Part shown: positions 18,201 to 27,401 of the stretch, in pieces | How the letters are laid out: each line of letters starts with the position of its first letter | How positions within the stretch are numbered: the first letter of the stretch is position 1 | Assembly (NCBI GenBank): GCA_024641785.1 | Contig: JAHECK010000003.1 | Coordinates: 1 to 56,904 of the forward strand | Origin: Flavobacteriales bacterium | Lineage (GTDB): Bacteria > Bacteroidota > Bacteroidia > Flavobacteriales_D > JAHECK01 | Length of the DNA: 56,904 nucleotides | Direction of reading: 5' to 3' | Notes under the pieces: model-generated | What the model saw: only the letters and a program-made list of their open reading frames with translations | Databases searched by the model: none | Told to the model about the DNA's origin: nothing | Translations under genes and position numbers: made by a program

Positions 18201-19873
18201 AATACAATGCATTGGTTTCAGGAGATGGAGCTTGTGCCGGTTGTGGAGAAAAATCGGTATTGCATGCCATCGCCACCTTAACCGAAACAATGATGCGTCC
18301 GATTTACCATCATAAAGCAGATCGTTTTAATGAGAAAGCGGATCAGCTGGAAAAAGTTGGATTAGCCAATTTGATGGAATTAAAGAAAAAAGATGAATCC
18401 GCATATTTTTCATTCCGACGAACTATTTTACATCTTTTGATGGGTTTAGGAGCCGAGAATACTAAGGTAACGGATAAAATGATCGAAGATGAATTTGATG
18501 GGGAAGATGCTGATATCATTAACTCTCTGATCGTAGTTCTTCGTCAGGAAGCATTTAACCATAAATACCTGCAAGCGATCGAAGGAAGATTTCCAAATGG
18601 AATGACTGCGATGGCAATGACCGCAAATACCGGTTGTAATAGTGTTTATGGATCAACTCCTCCAAATAATCCACATCCTTATCCATGGATGAATTCATTA
18701 TTCCAGGATGGGGCAACAATTGGTTGGCTTATTGGCGAAAGTTTTATTTATGATCATGCAAAAAGATCGGTTATTCCTGAGCGATTAAGCGATACAGTGA
18801 TAGGAGGATTTAAAAAATCATACAGCGATAAGGACTACTTTAAGTATACTCACTTCACTGATTTTGATATGACGGATGATGAGGTGATGGAAATGCCGAA
18901 AGTATGGGCCATTGGTGGTGATGGAGGAATGGGAGATATCGGTTTCCAGAATGTTTCTAAAGCAGTGCTTCAAAATCGACCTAATGTAAATATCATGTTA
19001 TTGGATACTCAAGTGTATTCAAATACAGGAGGACAAAATTCTGATTCTTCACCGATGACAGGTGGTTTTGATATGAATCAGTTTGGGGCTGCTTCTGAAG
19101 GAAAACAAACCGAAAGAAAATCAGTAGCTGAAGCCTTTTTAGGTGGACATGGTTCTCCATACATTGCTCAAGTTTCTTTTGCTAATTCAGCAACTTTGTT
19201 TAAATCATTGCTCGATGGTTTGTACTATAGAGGTACTGCTTTTTTCCAGGCCTTTACTTCATGTATGCCGGAACATGGTATTCCGGATCATGCAGCACAG
19301 ATTCAAGCCCTTCGATTAAGAGATAGTAGAGGAATGGCCGAATTTGTATATGATCCTTCATTAGGAGAGCGTTACGATGATACTTTGAATATAAGAAGTA
19401 ATCAGGCTTATGACAGAGACTGGGCTCAAAAAGTGATTCCGGTAACTCGTAAACGATATGATTATACCGTTGCACATTGGACATTCACTGAAGCTCGTTT
19501 CAGATACCATCATAAAATCGTGAAGAAAGAAGCGACTGAAGGTATGATCTCTCTTGAAGACAAGATCAAATTCGTATCGATGAATGATATCGTTCATCGT
19601 CGTCATACGAATCCTGAACATCGTTCATATATTCAAGATTTTGGAGTATATACGATCGATTACGATAATGAAGGAAATGAGGTTTATCACATACTTTCTC
19701 GTCAGATGGTTGCATTTGTAGTAGAAAGAAGAAAAGCATGGAGGATCCTTCAAAGTCGCGCAGGAGTGGTTAATAAAGATTATATAGAGCAACGTAACTT
19801 ACTTAGCCGAATGGATAAGGAAGGACTTTCTCAAAACGATATATTAAGTGAGATAGCTGCAAGTTTAAATTAA
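15227..19873 (+). CDS. Unusually long fused pyruvate/2-oxoacid:ferredoxin(flavodoxin) oxidoreductase (PFOR/NifJ-type)
   Basis: 1548-aa ORF. It has an N-terminal PFOR domain I (GGVFYPITPSTEMGE), a gamma-like domain (IGGWGMITTGKNLG) and two 4Fe-4S motifs (CTQCMDCITDCP and CKGCGACVEAC). It also has the TPP-binding motif GGDGGMGDIGF...N.VYSNTGGQ. Confidence 0.9.
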   Translation: MSGQTKVKYPGKRITTNGNLLVSSTEALIAQGGVFYPITPSTEMGENFQLHFAKGDLNAFGENLMAIEAEGEHAAQGGAIAMSVTGKRTVNFTSGQGIIYGLEQYYHAPGKLSTMVLEVGARALTKHALNVHCGHDDLYATFDTGWTILMSKDAQQAADQALILRKVNEICLNPGINAQDGFLTTHLERTFLKPEAALVREYLGAPDDIIECPTEGQIELFGPTRRRVPKIIDLKNPIVLGPVQNQEHYMNGVAARRNNFSEHILETLEAAYEEYAELTGRSYGLISQYRCEDADTVFVALGSAAENIEAMVDHLRANSDAKVGVIHVNVLRPFPEKAIIDALKGKDNVIILERTDEQLAGDNPLTRDIRSSLSKAEANHRDLSFADLPSIDPKTEMPHLFSGVYGLGSRDFRPEHILGAYEYASGKGKRKDGKTAKDGESFFYLGIDHPYAVISKQNPSGLPKGSIAVRFHSIGGWGMITTGKNLGMILGEFSNYIAERDQLKEEDGSPKEVIHISANPKYGSEKKGAPTNYFMVAAPERIRVNCDLQHVNVVLCPDPKIFLHTDPLAGLRKGGSFIWESSETDPAKAWERIPRKYRKELIDNEIKVYILNGFDIAKKATQKEELQTRMQGNSFLGAFFSVSTFLSDNHIPNNEFLETVNEQYKKKFGRFGDAVVESNMMVMKAGFEQIIEVPVGEIDAPDKSHFIASVISPCEVDLSEEEIYEGEEKAPMFKMSTFDKEFRNGLGYHQPSSVLSSVGLVAAGTGETASKYVARREVPRFIAANCTQCMDCITDCPDTALPNTAQDISTVVATAVRHYVSDEDDRQSLLKGIDKLDKTVRAEMIMRAAISDDQSLFSDIVLKNIVELNLISKDSAAYSELSAIMETLPFAFHKAKAIFGNKENKEPGEGGIFGIFVNDLCKGCGACVEACGHGALEMISEKEDIHANYKSSIKFLDLLSNTPRKYLGLFNPENPEESKAAALKNHMMLRSKYNALVSGDGACAGCGEKSVLHAIATLTETMMRPIYHHKADRFNEKADQLEKVGLANLMELKKKDESAYFSFRRTILHLLMGLGAENTKVTDKMIEDEFDGEDADIINSLIVVLRQEAFNHKYLQAIEGRFPNGMTAMAMTANTGCNSVYGSTPPNNPHPYPWMNSLFQDGATIGWLIGESFIYDHAKRSVIPERLSDTVIGGFKKSYSDKDYFKYTHFTDFDMTDDEVMEMPKVWAIGGDGGMGDIGFQNVSKAVLQNRPNVNIMLLDTQVYSNTGGQNSDSSPMTGGFDMNQFGAASEGKQTERKSVAEAFLGGHGSPYIAQVSFANSATLFKSLLDGLYYRGTAFFQAFTSCMPEHGIPDHAAQIQALRLRDSRGMAEFVYDPSLGERYDDTLNIRSNQAYDRDWAQKVIPVTRKRYDYTVAHWTFTEARFRYHHKIVKKEATEGMISLEDKIKFVSMNDIVHRRHTNPEHRSYIQDFGVYTIDYDNEGNEVYHILSRQMVAFVVERRKAWRILQSRAGVVNKDYIEQRNLLSRMDKEGLSQNDILSEIAASLN

Positions 19874-19881
19874 ATCTGAAG

Positions 19882-19915
19882 ATGGTCCTTTCCTCACGGG
19901 AAGGGCCATTTTTTA
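19882..19915 (+). terminator. Rho-independent terminator after the PFOR gene
   Basis: A 12-bp stem, atggtcctttcc / gggaagggccat (two G-U pairs), has the loop tcac and is followed by tttttt. Confidence 0.75.
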
Positions 19916-19946
19916 ATTGAGTCAATGTATATTAATTCCGATTTTT

Positions 19947-20321
19947 ATGAATGATAAAAGAATCGATCAAATGATCTATGATGGGAATAAGATGCTGCAA
20001 ACGGCATTATATGAACTCAATCGCCCGGAAGAAGATGTGGTCACACTATCTGTATGCAGAGGAACTAAATTAACACTGGATACTTTTTTAAGTGCCTTTT
20101 TATTAAAGAATAATATCGACCCATTGTCTTTTAATTCCATCAATGAGCGTTATGAAAAATGTTTGATCCTTGATCCCACTTTTAAAAAAGTAGATATTTA
20201 TCAATTGGATTGTGTAGATGAAAAAGGCTGTGATGTCTCTCGTTATTGCTTATCGGTAGAGAAAGTAAATGAATGCTTAAAAGTAGCTGAAGACATCAGG
20301 AATAAAGTGGTGATGAGCTAG
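19947..20321 (+). CDS. Small hypothetical helical protein
   Basis: The ORF is re-started at the ATG (MNDKRIDQMIYDG..) because the track's TTG start at 19917 abuts the PFOR terminator. I recognise no family. It is weakly HEPN-like in helical pattern but has no R-x4-H motif. Confidence 0.45.
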   Translation: MNDKRIDQMIYDGNKMLQTALYELNRPEEDVVTLSVCRGTKLTLDTFLSAFLLKNNIDPLSFNSINERYEKCLILDPTFKKVDIYQLDCVDEKGCDVSRYCLSVEKVNECLKVAEDIRNKVVMS

Positions 20322-20337
20322 TTTTTAATTACTTAAA

Positions 20338-20380
20338 CTACCCTTCGACAAGCTCAGGGGGACATGGTATTTTAACTTTT
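20338..20380 (+). repeat. Solo copy of a REP-like interspersed element
   Basis: ctacccttcgacaagctcagggggacatg...taactttt is near-identical to 30480-30522. Its reverse complement also occurs at 30447-30472. Confidence 0.7.
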
Positions 20381-20398
20381 CCTCTCTTGCTCTTTTAC

Positions 20399-21079
20399 TT
20401 ACCAGTCCTTTACTTTTTTATCAATTATAAAACAGCCATTCGGAATCTCTTCATTTACTGATAACCATACCGCGCTTTCGGCTCCTTTGTCAACTTCTCG
20501 CTGAGCGTCTTTTCCACCCATATCTGTTTTTACCCAGCCGGGATGCATTGCATTTACTTTTATTTTGGGTAGTTCTCCTGAAAGTTGAATCGTAAGGGCA
20601 TTTAGTGCTGCTTTCGACATACGGTAAGCTGCACGTCCGCCTCTTTTTAATTCACTTAATTCACCCATTTGACTGCTTATATTGATGATCCTGCCATCCT
20701 TACTTTTTTGAAGCAAGGGAATAAAGGCTTTTATCATTTCCCATGGTCCGTAAAAATTCGTTTCCATCACTTTCCTATAATCGGATGGATCACTGTCAAC
20801 AATACTCGAATCTTCACTGATGATCCCTGCATTATTGATCAAGACATCAAGTTTTCCATATGTGGATTGAATATATTTTGCTAGTTTTTGAATTGATTGA
20901 GTGTCAATTACATCCAGTTCTTGGACATCCACCTTAGGGCTCATTTGCCCAGCCGCTTTTTCACCTTTGGAAAGATCACGACTACATAAGATCACCTGAT
21001 GATCCATTTGGTCTAATTGTCGGCATATTTCTTTTCCAATGCCTCTATTTCCTCCTGTTACAAGAATTATTTTAGTCAT
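20399..21079 (-). CDS. Short-chain dehydrogenase/reductase (SDR, carbonyl-reductase-like)
   Basis: Carries TGGNRGIGKEI (cofactor-binding TGxxxGIG), NNAG, and the catalytic Y...K motif (AYRMSKAAL). Confidence 0.88.
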   Translation of the reverse strand: MTKIILVTGGNRGIGKEICRQLDQMDHQVILCSRDLSKGEKAAGQMSPKVDVQELDVIDTQSIQKLAKYIQSTYGKLDVLINNAGIISEDSSIVDSDPSDYRKVMETNFYGPWEMIKAFIPLLQKSKDGRIINISSQMGELSELKRGGRAAYRMSKAALNALTIQLSGELPKIKVNAMHPGWVKTDMGGKDAQREVDKGAESAVWLSVNEEIPNGCFIIDKKVKDW

Positions 21080-21088
21080 AGTACTAAT

Positions 21089-21784
21089 TTAACAATTCAT
21101 ACGAAATCCAATCCCATGGATATTCTCAATTTTAATATTGGAGTCTAATTTTAAATAGGAGCGTAATTTTGAAATAAAAACATCCAGACTTCTTCCCAAA
21201 AAATAATCATCATCCCCCCAAATTAACATTAAGATCTCTTCTCTTTTAATGACTTCGTTTTTGTGCTTAATAAGTAATTGTAACAAGGAAGCTTCTTTTC
21301 TTGTCAATTGTCTTGAGTGATCTTCAATATTCAATTTTAAATTGATCATATCGAAATGGTATTTACCCACTTTTTCAAATTGTTTCTTTTCTGCTTCAGG
21401 AAGGGAGACCAGGCTTCTTTTCAAAAAGATCTTGATCTTCAGCAAGAGCTCTTCAATACTGAAGGGTTTGGTGATATAGTCATCGGCTCCGATCTTTAAA
21501 CCTTTGATCTTATCCTCAGACAATGATTTAGCACTCAAAAATAAGATGGGGATATCTTTGTCCTTCTTCCTTAATTTTCCTGCTATCTCAAAGCCATCAG
21601 CTAAAGGGAGCATAATATCCAGAATACACAGATCAAAATTTTCTTTTTCGATAGTATTGAGTGCTTCCTGACCATCGCTACAATGCGTCACTTCATAACC
21701 GGCCAGAGTAAGATTGTCTTTTGTTACAAAGCCTAAATTAAGATCATCTTCTACATAAAGGATATGTGCTAATTTTTCACTCAT
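21089..21784 (-). CDS. OmpR/PhoB-type response regulator
   Basis: Has a receiver domain (YVEDD...DLCILDIMLP...K) plus a C-terminal winged-helix Trans_reg_C domain (LT.KE..LL.LL......V..RE.I.. .W). Confidence 0.92.
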   Translation of the reverse strand: MSEKLAHILYVEDDLNLGFVTKDNLTLAGYEVTHCSDGQEALNTIEKENFDLCILDIMLPLADGFEIAGKLRKKDKDIPILFLSAKSLSEDKIKGLKIGADDYITKPFSIEELLLKIKIFLKRSLVSLPEAEKKQFEKVGKYHFDMINLKLNIEDHSRQLTRKEASLLQLLIKHKNEVIKREEILMLIWGDDDYFLGRSLDVFISKLRSYLKLDSNIKIENIHGIGFRMNC

Positions 21785-23043
21785 TGCGGAATCGTAATTT
21801 TAAATTTTGAACCCTCATTTAAATTGCTTTCAACGTCAATTTTCCAATGATGATTTTTTATCACATTCTTGACATAATTCAGACCTAAACCAAAGCCCTT
21901 TACGTTATGAATATTTCCTTTTGGGACGCGATAGAATTTATCGAAAATTCTTTTTTGTTGCTCTTTTGATATCCCAATTCCTTTATCGGTAATTTCAAGT
22001 GTCAATCCATTGACTTTATTTATAGTACTAATTCTTATTTCAATTTTATTAGGACTGTATTTAATAGCATTATCTATTAAATTACTTATTACATTTTTTA
22101 AATGGAGTTTATCGGCGAAAATCATTGAATTACTTGCCTTTAATTCATAAAGAATTGAGCCATTCATTTTTATCAATCGCGCTTCCATCTGATAGGCAAC
22201 TTCCTTAATAATGCTGTGTAATTCAATTTCTTCTTTGTTTAAGCGACTCGTTTCCTTTTCTATATCGGCCATGCGTAAAACCAAGTCTACTTGTTGTTGA
22301 AGTCGTTCGTTTTCATTTTTAATAATATTCACATATTTATCCAGTCGGGCAGGATCAGAAATAATTCCCGGACTTGAGAGCACTTCACTTGAAACCTTTA
22401 TCGTGCTGATAGGGGTTTTAAATTCATGCGTCATATTATTAATAAAATCTTTTTGTACTTCGGACAATCTATTTTGCTTTAGGATGATATATAGCGTTAA
22501 ACTGAAGAATAGAATTACAATCATCAGAATCAAACTTGAAAAGAGCCAATTATTATAATCACCTCTTAAAAATCCTGTTTTACTTGGGAAATCAACTCCA
22601 AAATAATAGATGTAATCTTCATATTTAGGCAGATCTGAGCTTTCTGTTTTCTTTTTATTTTTCTCATCAGAGCTGATGTAATTTCCGTAAACCATCACGT
22701 CACTTACGCAATCATAAATCCCGTATTCATAGTCAAGTGAAATACCATTCCTTTCAAATTCTTTCGAAAGGTAATGCTCAAGAATATTGGCATCAATTTT
22801 ATCATTAATATTTACAACAAAGTAATTGGCTGATAATTGAACTACCGGATTAGAGTTTGGAGGTTTGATTTGCGAAAAAGCAGCCATGTCATGGGCTACA
22901 TTTATTAACGCGACCTGGATACTTTGGTCGAGTTCTTTTTCATGAATACTAAAGGCTCGTTGTACCCAATAAATTTGTGTAATGATCAATCCTATTAAGG
23001 AGATAGTTCCGAAAATAACAACGATCCGAATCCTTTTTTGCAT
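21781..23043 (-). CDS. Sensor histidine kinase with ~140-aa extracytoplasmic domain
   Basis: Two TM segments flank a periplasmic region. It has the H-box THEFKTPIS, the N-box LIDNAIKYS, and G-boxes DKGIGI and GFGLGL. It overlaps the response regulator gene by 4 nt. Confidence 0.92.
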   Translation of the reverse strand: MQKRIRIVVIFGTISLIGLIITQIYWVQRAFSIHEKELDQSIQVALINVAHDMAAFSQIKPPNSNPVVQLSANYFVVNINDKIDANILEHYLSKEFERNGISLDYEYGIYDCVSDVMVYGNYISSDEKNKKKTESSDLPKYEDYIYYFGVDFPSKTGFLRGDYNNWLFSSLILMIVILFFSLTLYIILKQNRLSEVQKDFINNMTHEFKTPISTIKVSSEVLSSPGIISDPARLDKYVNIIKNENERLQQQVDLVLRMADIEKETSRLNKEEIELHSIIKEVAYQMEARLIKMNGSILYELKASNSMIFADKLHLKNVISNLIDNAIKYSPNKIEIRISTINKVNGLTLEITDKGIGISKEQQKRIFDKFYRVPKGNIHNVKGFGLGLNYVKNVIKNHHWKIDVESNLNEGSKFKITIPQ

Positions 23044-23129
23044 TAAAATAGCTTGTTATTAATTACAAGTATATCTCTTATTATTCAGCTTAATTAGATT
23101 TCTACTAACAAGATGTATAGGTTGAAATT

Positions 23130-23158
23130 AAAAAAGGCCTGTGATATTTCATAGGCCC
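23130..23158 (-). terminator. Rho-independent terminator between the TAXI-like gene and the histidine kinase gene
   Basis: On the minus strand, the stem ggcctatg / cacaggcc (one G-U pair) has a 6-nt loop and is followed by tttttt. Confidence 0.6.
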
Positions 23159-23167
23159 TTTTTAAAA

Positions 23168-24070
23168 TTAGTTAGTATAAAGTCGCCAATCAGTTGGGTC
23201 CCAATCAGCAAAATTAACTTCGATCCAGCTTGGGTGACCCTTTTCAACCAAATTAACATAATTCGATTTTACAGCGTTAGTGAATTGATCAATAAAAACC
23301 CTATCGTCTGCCGTTAACTTTGATTCATTAACTACTAATACGGTTCTCACTCCAAAGGTTTGAACATCATTGTTTTGCCATTTATACGTTCCGGATTTTA
23401 TTATTCTAGGAGTATAGAATTCAGCCCAGTCATTTACGTTTTCCAAATCCATAATCTTTATTTGAGTGACCAAGGATTGAGGATTTACATTTAATAGTTC
23501 AAGGGGGGCACTTCCAACAATGATAAAAGCATCTATTTGTCTTCCTAATAATTCTTTTAGAGCTTGTGGATAAGGAATTAATTTTGTGTTCCAAAAAACT
23601 CGCGATCTATCTTTCATTAGAGTAGCGGTAGCAAAAGTCCCTTCATTTTCTGTTCCGCAAGCCACATTTTTTTCAACGAGATCTTGAAGTTTATTTAACC
23701 TTTTTTCATCGCGTGTAACTACATGAATTTCTTCATATGCAAGGGGCATTAAGACGCTGAGAGGAACTGTTTTTTTGGTATTATTTTTATTGTCAAGCAT
23801 TGCCTGATAATATAAATAATCTGATTGCATCATCACCATTTTTACAGGCGTATTAGGATCAACTAATTGATCGAAATTGAAAGCAGAGCCACTGGAAGGA
23901 ATATTTTTGATATCGCCGATAGAATCATTGGCGCAAACTCTGATCATATCATTAACAATAACATTATAGGATCCTTTTTCAGGTCCTGATAATATGATCA
24001 TTTGCCCGATCATTGAGTTTAAATAAAAAACAGACAAAAGGGTAAAAAGGATAGGTTTTGAAATTTTCAT
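23168..24070 (-). CDS. Orphan TAXI-family (TRAP-type) periplasmic solute-binding protein homolog
   Basis: It has a signal peptide. By-eye motif matches to TAXI proteins include GPEKGSYNVIVNDM (cf. GGTGGVYYPLG) and SSGSAFNFDQL (cf. TGGSVENLRLL). Further matches are MMQSDYLYY (cf. LVQSDVAYY) and QIDAFIIVGSAP (cf. QIDAAFFTAGLP). There is no TRAP permease in the window. Confidence 0.55.
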   Translation of the reverse strand: MKISKPILFTLLSVFYLNSMIGQMIILSGPEKGSYNVIVNDMIRVCANDSIGDIKNIPSSGSAFNFDQLVDPNTPVKMVMMQSDYLYYQAMLDNKNNTKKTVPLSVLMPLAYEEIHVVTRDEKRLNKLQDLVEKNVACGTENEGTFATATLMKDRSRVFWNTKLIPYPQALKELLGRQIDAFIIVGSAPLELLNVNPQSLVTQIKIMDLENVNDWAEFYTPRIIKSGTYKWQNNDVQTFGVRTVLVVNESKLTADDRVFIDQFTNAVKSNYVNLVEKGHPSWIEVNFADWDPTDWRLYTN

Positions 24071-24148
24071 TATTGTGCTTATTAGTTAAGAAATATTTAA
24101 TTCAATAAAATAACATCAAACCAAATATAATCAAAAGCAAAATAATCT

Positions 24149-25123
24149 TTACAATTTTTGGAATTCGAATTTAGGAGCACCTTTCACACCATTATCGTCA
24201 TAAAAGTCAACGAATCGGAGTTTATAGAAAACGCCTTCGACATCTTGAATGATATAATTTTGATCAGATAAAACAGAATAATAGCCTTCTTCAAAATTGT
24301 AATATTTCCAATCAAACCCAATGACATCAAGTTTATTAACTAAAGAGATTTCCGAAGCATATTCCAGATCAATATCTTCAAAAAGCACATTATCTTCCTC
24401 AATTGCTCTTACATTATGAGGATTTAGTAATACTCCGGTCACCTGATATGGAGTGATCTCATCAAGATCATAATAGACATAAGTATAGGAAGTGAAAACG
24501 ATGTCCCAATCTTCTTTGTCGGGTGAAAGTGTAGAAACATATTCATGACCTTGTTCAAAGGAAAAGGGGGTATAGTTGAGTCGTTTTAATTTGGGAACGG
24601 TTGAATTTAATATATTGTCGCCATTTAGATTGGAACTACGGATATAAAAATTATTTACATCCACACTGTCAATGCTTAATTTTGAAAATCCCTGAAATTC
24701 TCCTAATTCATTATAGCCACGATCAATTAAGTAGATTCCATCTGTACTTCTCCAGTCACCAATAGCAGTCGAATCCATATTCCCTGTCCATGAATCCCAT
24801 TTCCATTCTGCCAGGTTTTCATTTAGTTCATCCGGAAAATCGGCTCCTTCATAAAAGGCAACTTTCATTATTTTACCTGAATTTATAAGCACATTCCAAC
24901 CCTCATCTGAGGATTCGAATGAAAGATCATATATTACTTTAGGGAATTCACTCACTACTTCATTATTTTTCAAGCTAAAGAATAGCTTTAAAGAATAATC
25001 ACCGCCCATTTCAACTTGTTTTACAATTACATCTCCCGGAACAGGAGCTGATACTGGAATCTCTTGCTTTTCACAAGCAAAAAACAGAATGGAAAGGCTA
25101 AACAGAAGAAAATAGTTTTTCAT
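24149..25123 (-). CDS. HmuY-like lipoprotein (TonB-receptor accessory)
   Basis: Has a lipobox (LFFACEK). The motifs DWDIVFTSY and VFYKLRFVDFY resemble HmuY-family signatures (WD[IL].F; Y.K[IL]....). It lies immediately downstream of the TonB-dependent receptor with a 1-nt overlap. Confidence 0.5.
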   Translation of the reverse strand: MKNYFLLFSLSILFFACEKQEIPVSAPVPGDVIVKQVEMGGDYSLKLFFSLKNNEVVSEFPKVIYDLSFESSDEGWNVLINSGKIMKVAFYEGADFPDELNENLAEWKWDSWTGNMDSTAIGDWRSTDGIYLIDRGYNELGEFQGFSKLSIDSVDVNNFYIRSSNLNGDNILNSTVPKLKRLNYTPFSFEQGHEYVSTLSPDKEDWDIVFTSYTYVYYDLDEITPYQVTGVLLNPHNVRAIEEDNVLFEDIDLEYASEISLVNKLDVIGFDWKYYNFEEGYYSVLSDQNYIIQDVEGVFYKLRFVDFYDDNGVKGAPKFEFQKL

Positions 25124-27390
25124 TAGTTTTTACTTATAAAGTTATATTTCAAAGAGATAAAAAAACTTCTACCCATCCCAACAGGAAGGCTGCCTCCTCC
25201 GGTGTGGACGCCTCCACTTGAACTTGAACTCACGCTGGAATTTACAGATTCAATATTAAATAAATTTTTAATTCCTGTAGATAGATTGATCTGGTTTTTC
25301 CAGAGATTTTTGGCGATGGTAAAATCAGACCAGGTATAAGCATCAACAAACAATTCTTCTACTTGATCATCGGCTCCTATTGCATAGGATGGCAAAGCAC
25401 CTTGATATTTAATAAATAATGCGGTAGTTAATCCTATGGATTTAAATTCATAAGAAAGATTGAATTGTCCTTCTGTTGTCCAATTGTAAACACTTTGTGC
25501 TACCTGGTCAGAAAATTCATTATATCGACCAATGTAGGAAGCTCCAAGACTTATTTTAAAATGATGAAGGTCCATTTGAATTCCACCACTGATTCCTGTG
25601 GTTTTGAATCGATCGATATTTACATAAGAGTATACCGTTCCGCTTGTATTAGCTAAGGTAATAAGGTTTTCGATCGAATTGTAGAAACCTGATAATTCGG
25701 CTTTAAATAGAGTGTTTTTAAATATAGATGTGTATTTAGCCGAAACATTAAAATTATTTGAATTTTCGGGTTTCAAATTTGGATTTCCAACGATATTATG
25801 ATTGGAATCTACGAATTCAAAATATTGTTCTTTAATTGAAGGGGCTCTAAATCCTAGCGCATAGGATCCTCTCAAAGAGAACTTTCTAATATCTTGTTTA
25901 ATATTAATTGAAGGAATAAGTGGCCCCTGATAACTAGTATTGTATGCGATTCTAAGACCGGGTCTAATCACTGTGTTTATCCAAGGTTTATATTCAGCAC
26001 TTGCATACAGTGCAAAATCATTTTGACTTTGTTTTCCGTCTAAAATTCTTTTTCCAACACCTTCTTCGAGATTAATATCGTAACCAACTTCATAATTGAT
26101 CTTTGTGTTAGGATTTACATTACTCACACTTCCTCTAAATGTCCATTGATCAAATTTACTTGTATCCTGGTTATCCGGATTTTCACTTAAAGTTTGATTG
26201 ATCGTGGTAAGATCAGTGACGTAAGTATTTTTTATTCTTTCATATTGATTATAGGCTGCAATAAAGTTTCCTTTGAAATTTTCAGAAATGGAACCATTAG
26301 CAAAAATGGAATTATCGAATCTAAAGGTATAGAAGTAATCATCGAAAGCACTAATATGATAGGGTGGACGTGGAAGTCCTTTACTTGTGATCTTCTCATT
26401 AAAATAATCACTTTTTAACCTGAAATTCCAAGATCTTAATTGATAGCCATATTGGAAATTAGCAAGGTATTGTAACTTAGGTTTCCATTGTTGAAACCGT
26501 GTTGAGTCTGCAATTGGATCATCATTTGAGTAAGGTTTATCGCCCGGATTCCAGCCATCAAAATAGTTTCTTCCTCCTGAAAGTCCAATATTATTTGGTC
26601 CTTTTCGGTAATTTAAACTTCCGGTCAGATTGTATTTACCAATGCTTTCGGTATAGGCCTGAATACCGGCATCCCATTTTTGTGTACTTCCTTTTTTTGT
26701 GATGAGGTTGATCGCTCCTGCAAGGGCGTTTGTACCGTAGTTTACACTCATCGGTCCTTCAACTACTTCGATCCTTTCGATATTATCTAAGTTGATCTGG
26801 TTTAGATCTATGTTTCCATCAGTACGTCCTATCATCGGAACTCCATCGATAAGGATCTTAACATTTTCTCCTCCTAAACCTTGCATACTCACCTGACTTC
26901 CAAGAATATTATCCTGGGAAATTCGCATATTTAATTGATTACTTAGTGCATCAGTAAGGTTTACTGCGGCCATCGCTTCAATTTTCTCGCTATTAATGAT
27001 CGAGATCTTGTAGACAGATTTGTCAGGACTACTTGGCGCGTATTGCGCGGTGACAACAAATTCATCTAAAGAATATTCATCCTCTTGTAAAACGAATCTT
27101 AGCTTACTATCCGCCTTAACAGTATCTTTTACAATTGATTTAAAGCCTAAGTAACTAATACTAATAATGAAAACAGGGTTTTCCTTTGTAAAATCAAGCG
27201 GAATGATGGCGATACCTTTATTATCGGTAAGTACCATATTCATCTTTTCTTTCGTAGTAGAAAGGCCTGAATAAATAATATGAGCACTAGGCATTCCTTT
27301 TTTCTCATTATCCAATACCTCTATAGTGGTCTGAGCCTCAGCTGTAAGAAGGATAAAGGTAAAAACAAAAAAGAAGAGCCTAGTGATCAT
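25123..27390 (-). CDS. TonB-dependent outer-membrane receptor with N-terminal carboxypeptidase-regulatory-like domain
   Basis: 755-aa product with a signal peptide, a CarboxypepD_reg-like N-terminus and a plug domain (..FVVTAQ...L.G.V.G...). The long beta-barrel has typical YxF/G-rich repeats. Confidence 0.9.
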   Translation of the reverse strand: MITRLFFFVFTFILLTAEAQTTIEVLDNEKKGMPSAHIIYSGLSTTKEKMNMVLTDNKGIAIIPLDFTKENPVFIISISYLGFKSIVKDTVKADSKLRFVLQEDEYSLDEFVVTAQYAPSSPDKSVYKISIINSEKIEAMAAVNLTDALSNQLNMRISQDNILGSQVSMQGLGGENVKILIDGVPMIGRTDGNIDLNQINLDNIERIEVVEGPMSVNYGTNALAGAINLITKKGSTQKWDAGIQAYTESIGKYNLTGSLNYRKGPNNIGLSGGRNYFDGWNPGDKPYSNDDPIADSTRFQQWKPKLQYLANFQYGYQLRSWNFRLKSDYFNEKITSKGLPRPPYHISAFDDYFYTFRFDNSIFANGSISENFKGNFIAAYNQYERIKNTYVTDLTTINQTLSENPDNQDTSKFDQWTFRGSVSNVNPNTKINYEVGYDINLEEGVGKRILDGKQSQNDFALYASAEYKPWINTVIRPGLRIAYNTSYQGPLIPSINIKQDIRKFSLRGSYALGFRAPSIKEQYFEFVDSNHNIVGNPNLKPENSNNFNVSAKYTSIFKNTLFKAELSGFYNSIENLITLANTSGTVYSYVNIDRFKTTGISGGIQMDLHHFKISLGASYIGRYNEFSDQVAQSVYNWTTEGQFNLSYEFKSIGLTTALFIKYQGALPSYAIGADDQVEELFVDAYTWSDFTIAKNLWKNQINLSTGIKNLFNIESVNSSVSSSSSGGVHTGGGSLPVGMGRSFFISLKYNFISKN

Positions 27391-27401
27391 AAATAATAGT
27401 T

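Noticed and set aside
16822-19621. Several 65-88-aa antisense ORFs inside the PFOR gene (16822-17088, 17089-17346, 17867-18064, 19254-19484, 19361-19621)
   Set aside because: All lie opposite a strongly supported 1548-aa CDS. They have no motifs, signal sequences or promoter-like context. Such chance ORFs are typical antisense to long genes.
19947-20321. Small ORF after the PFOR gene as a HEPN toxin / defence component
   Set aside because: It has only a vague helical resemblance. It has no R-x4-H motif (the protein has no His at all) and no partner antitoxin or nucleotidyltransferase gene adjacent.
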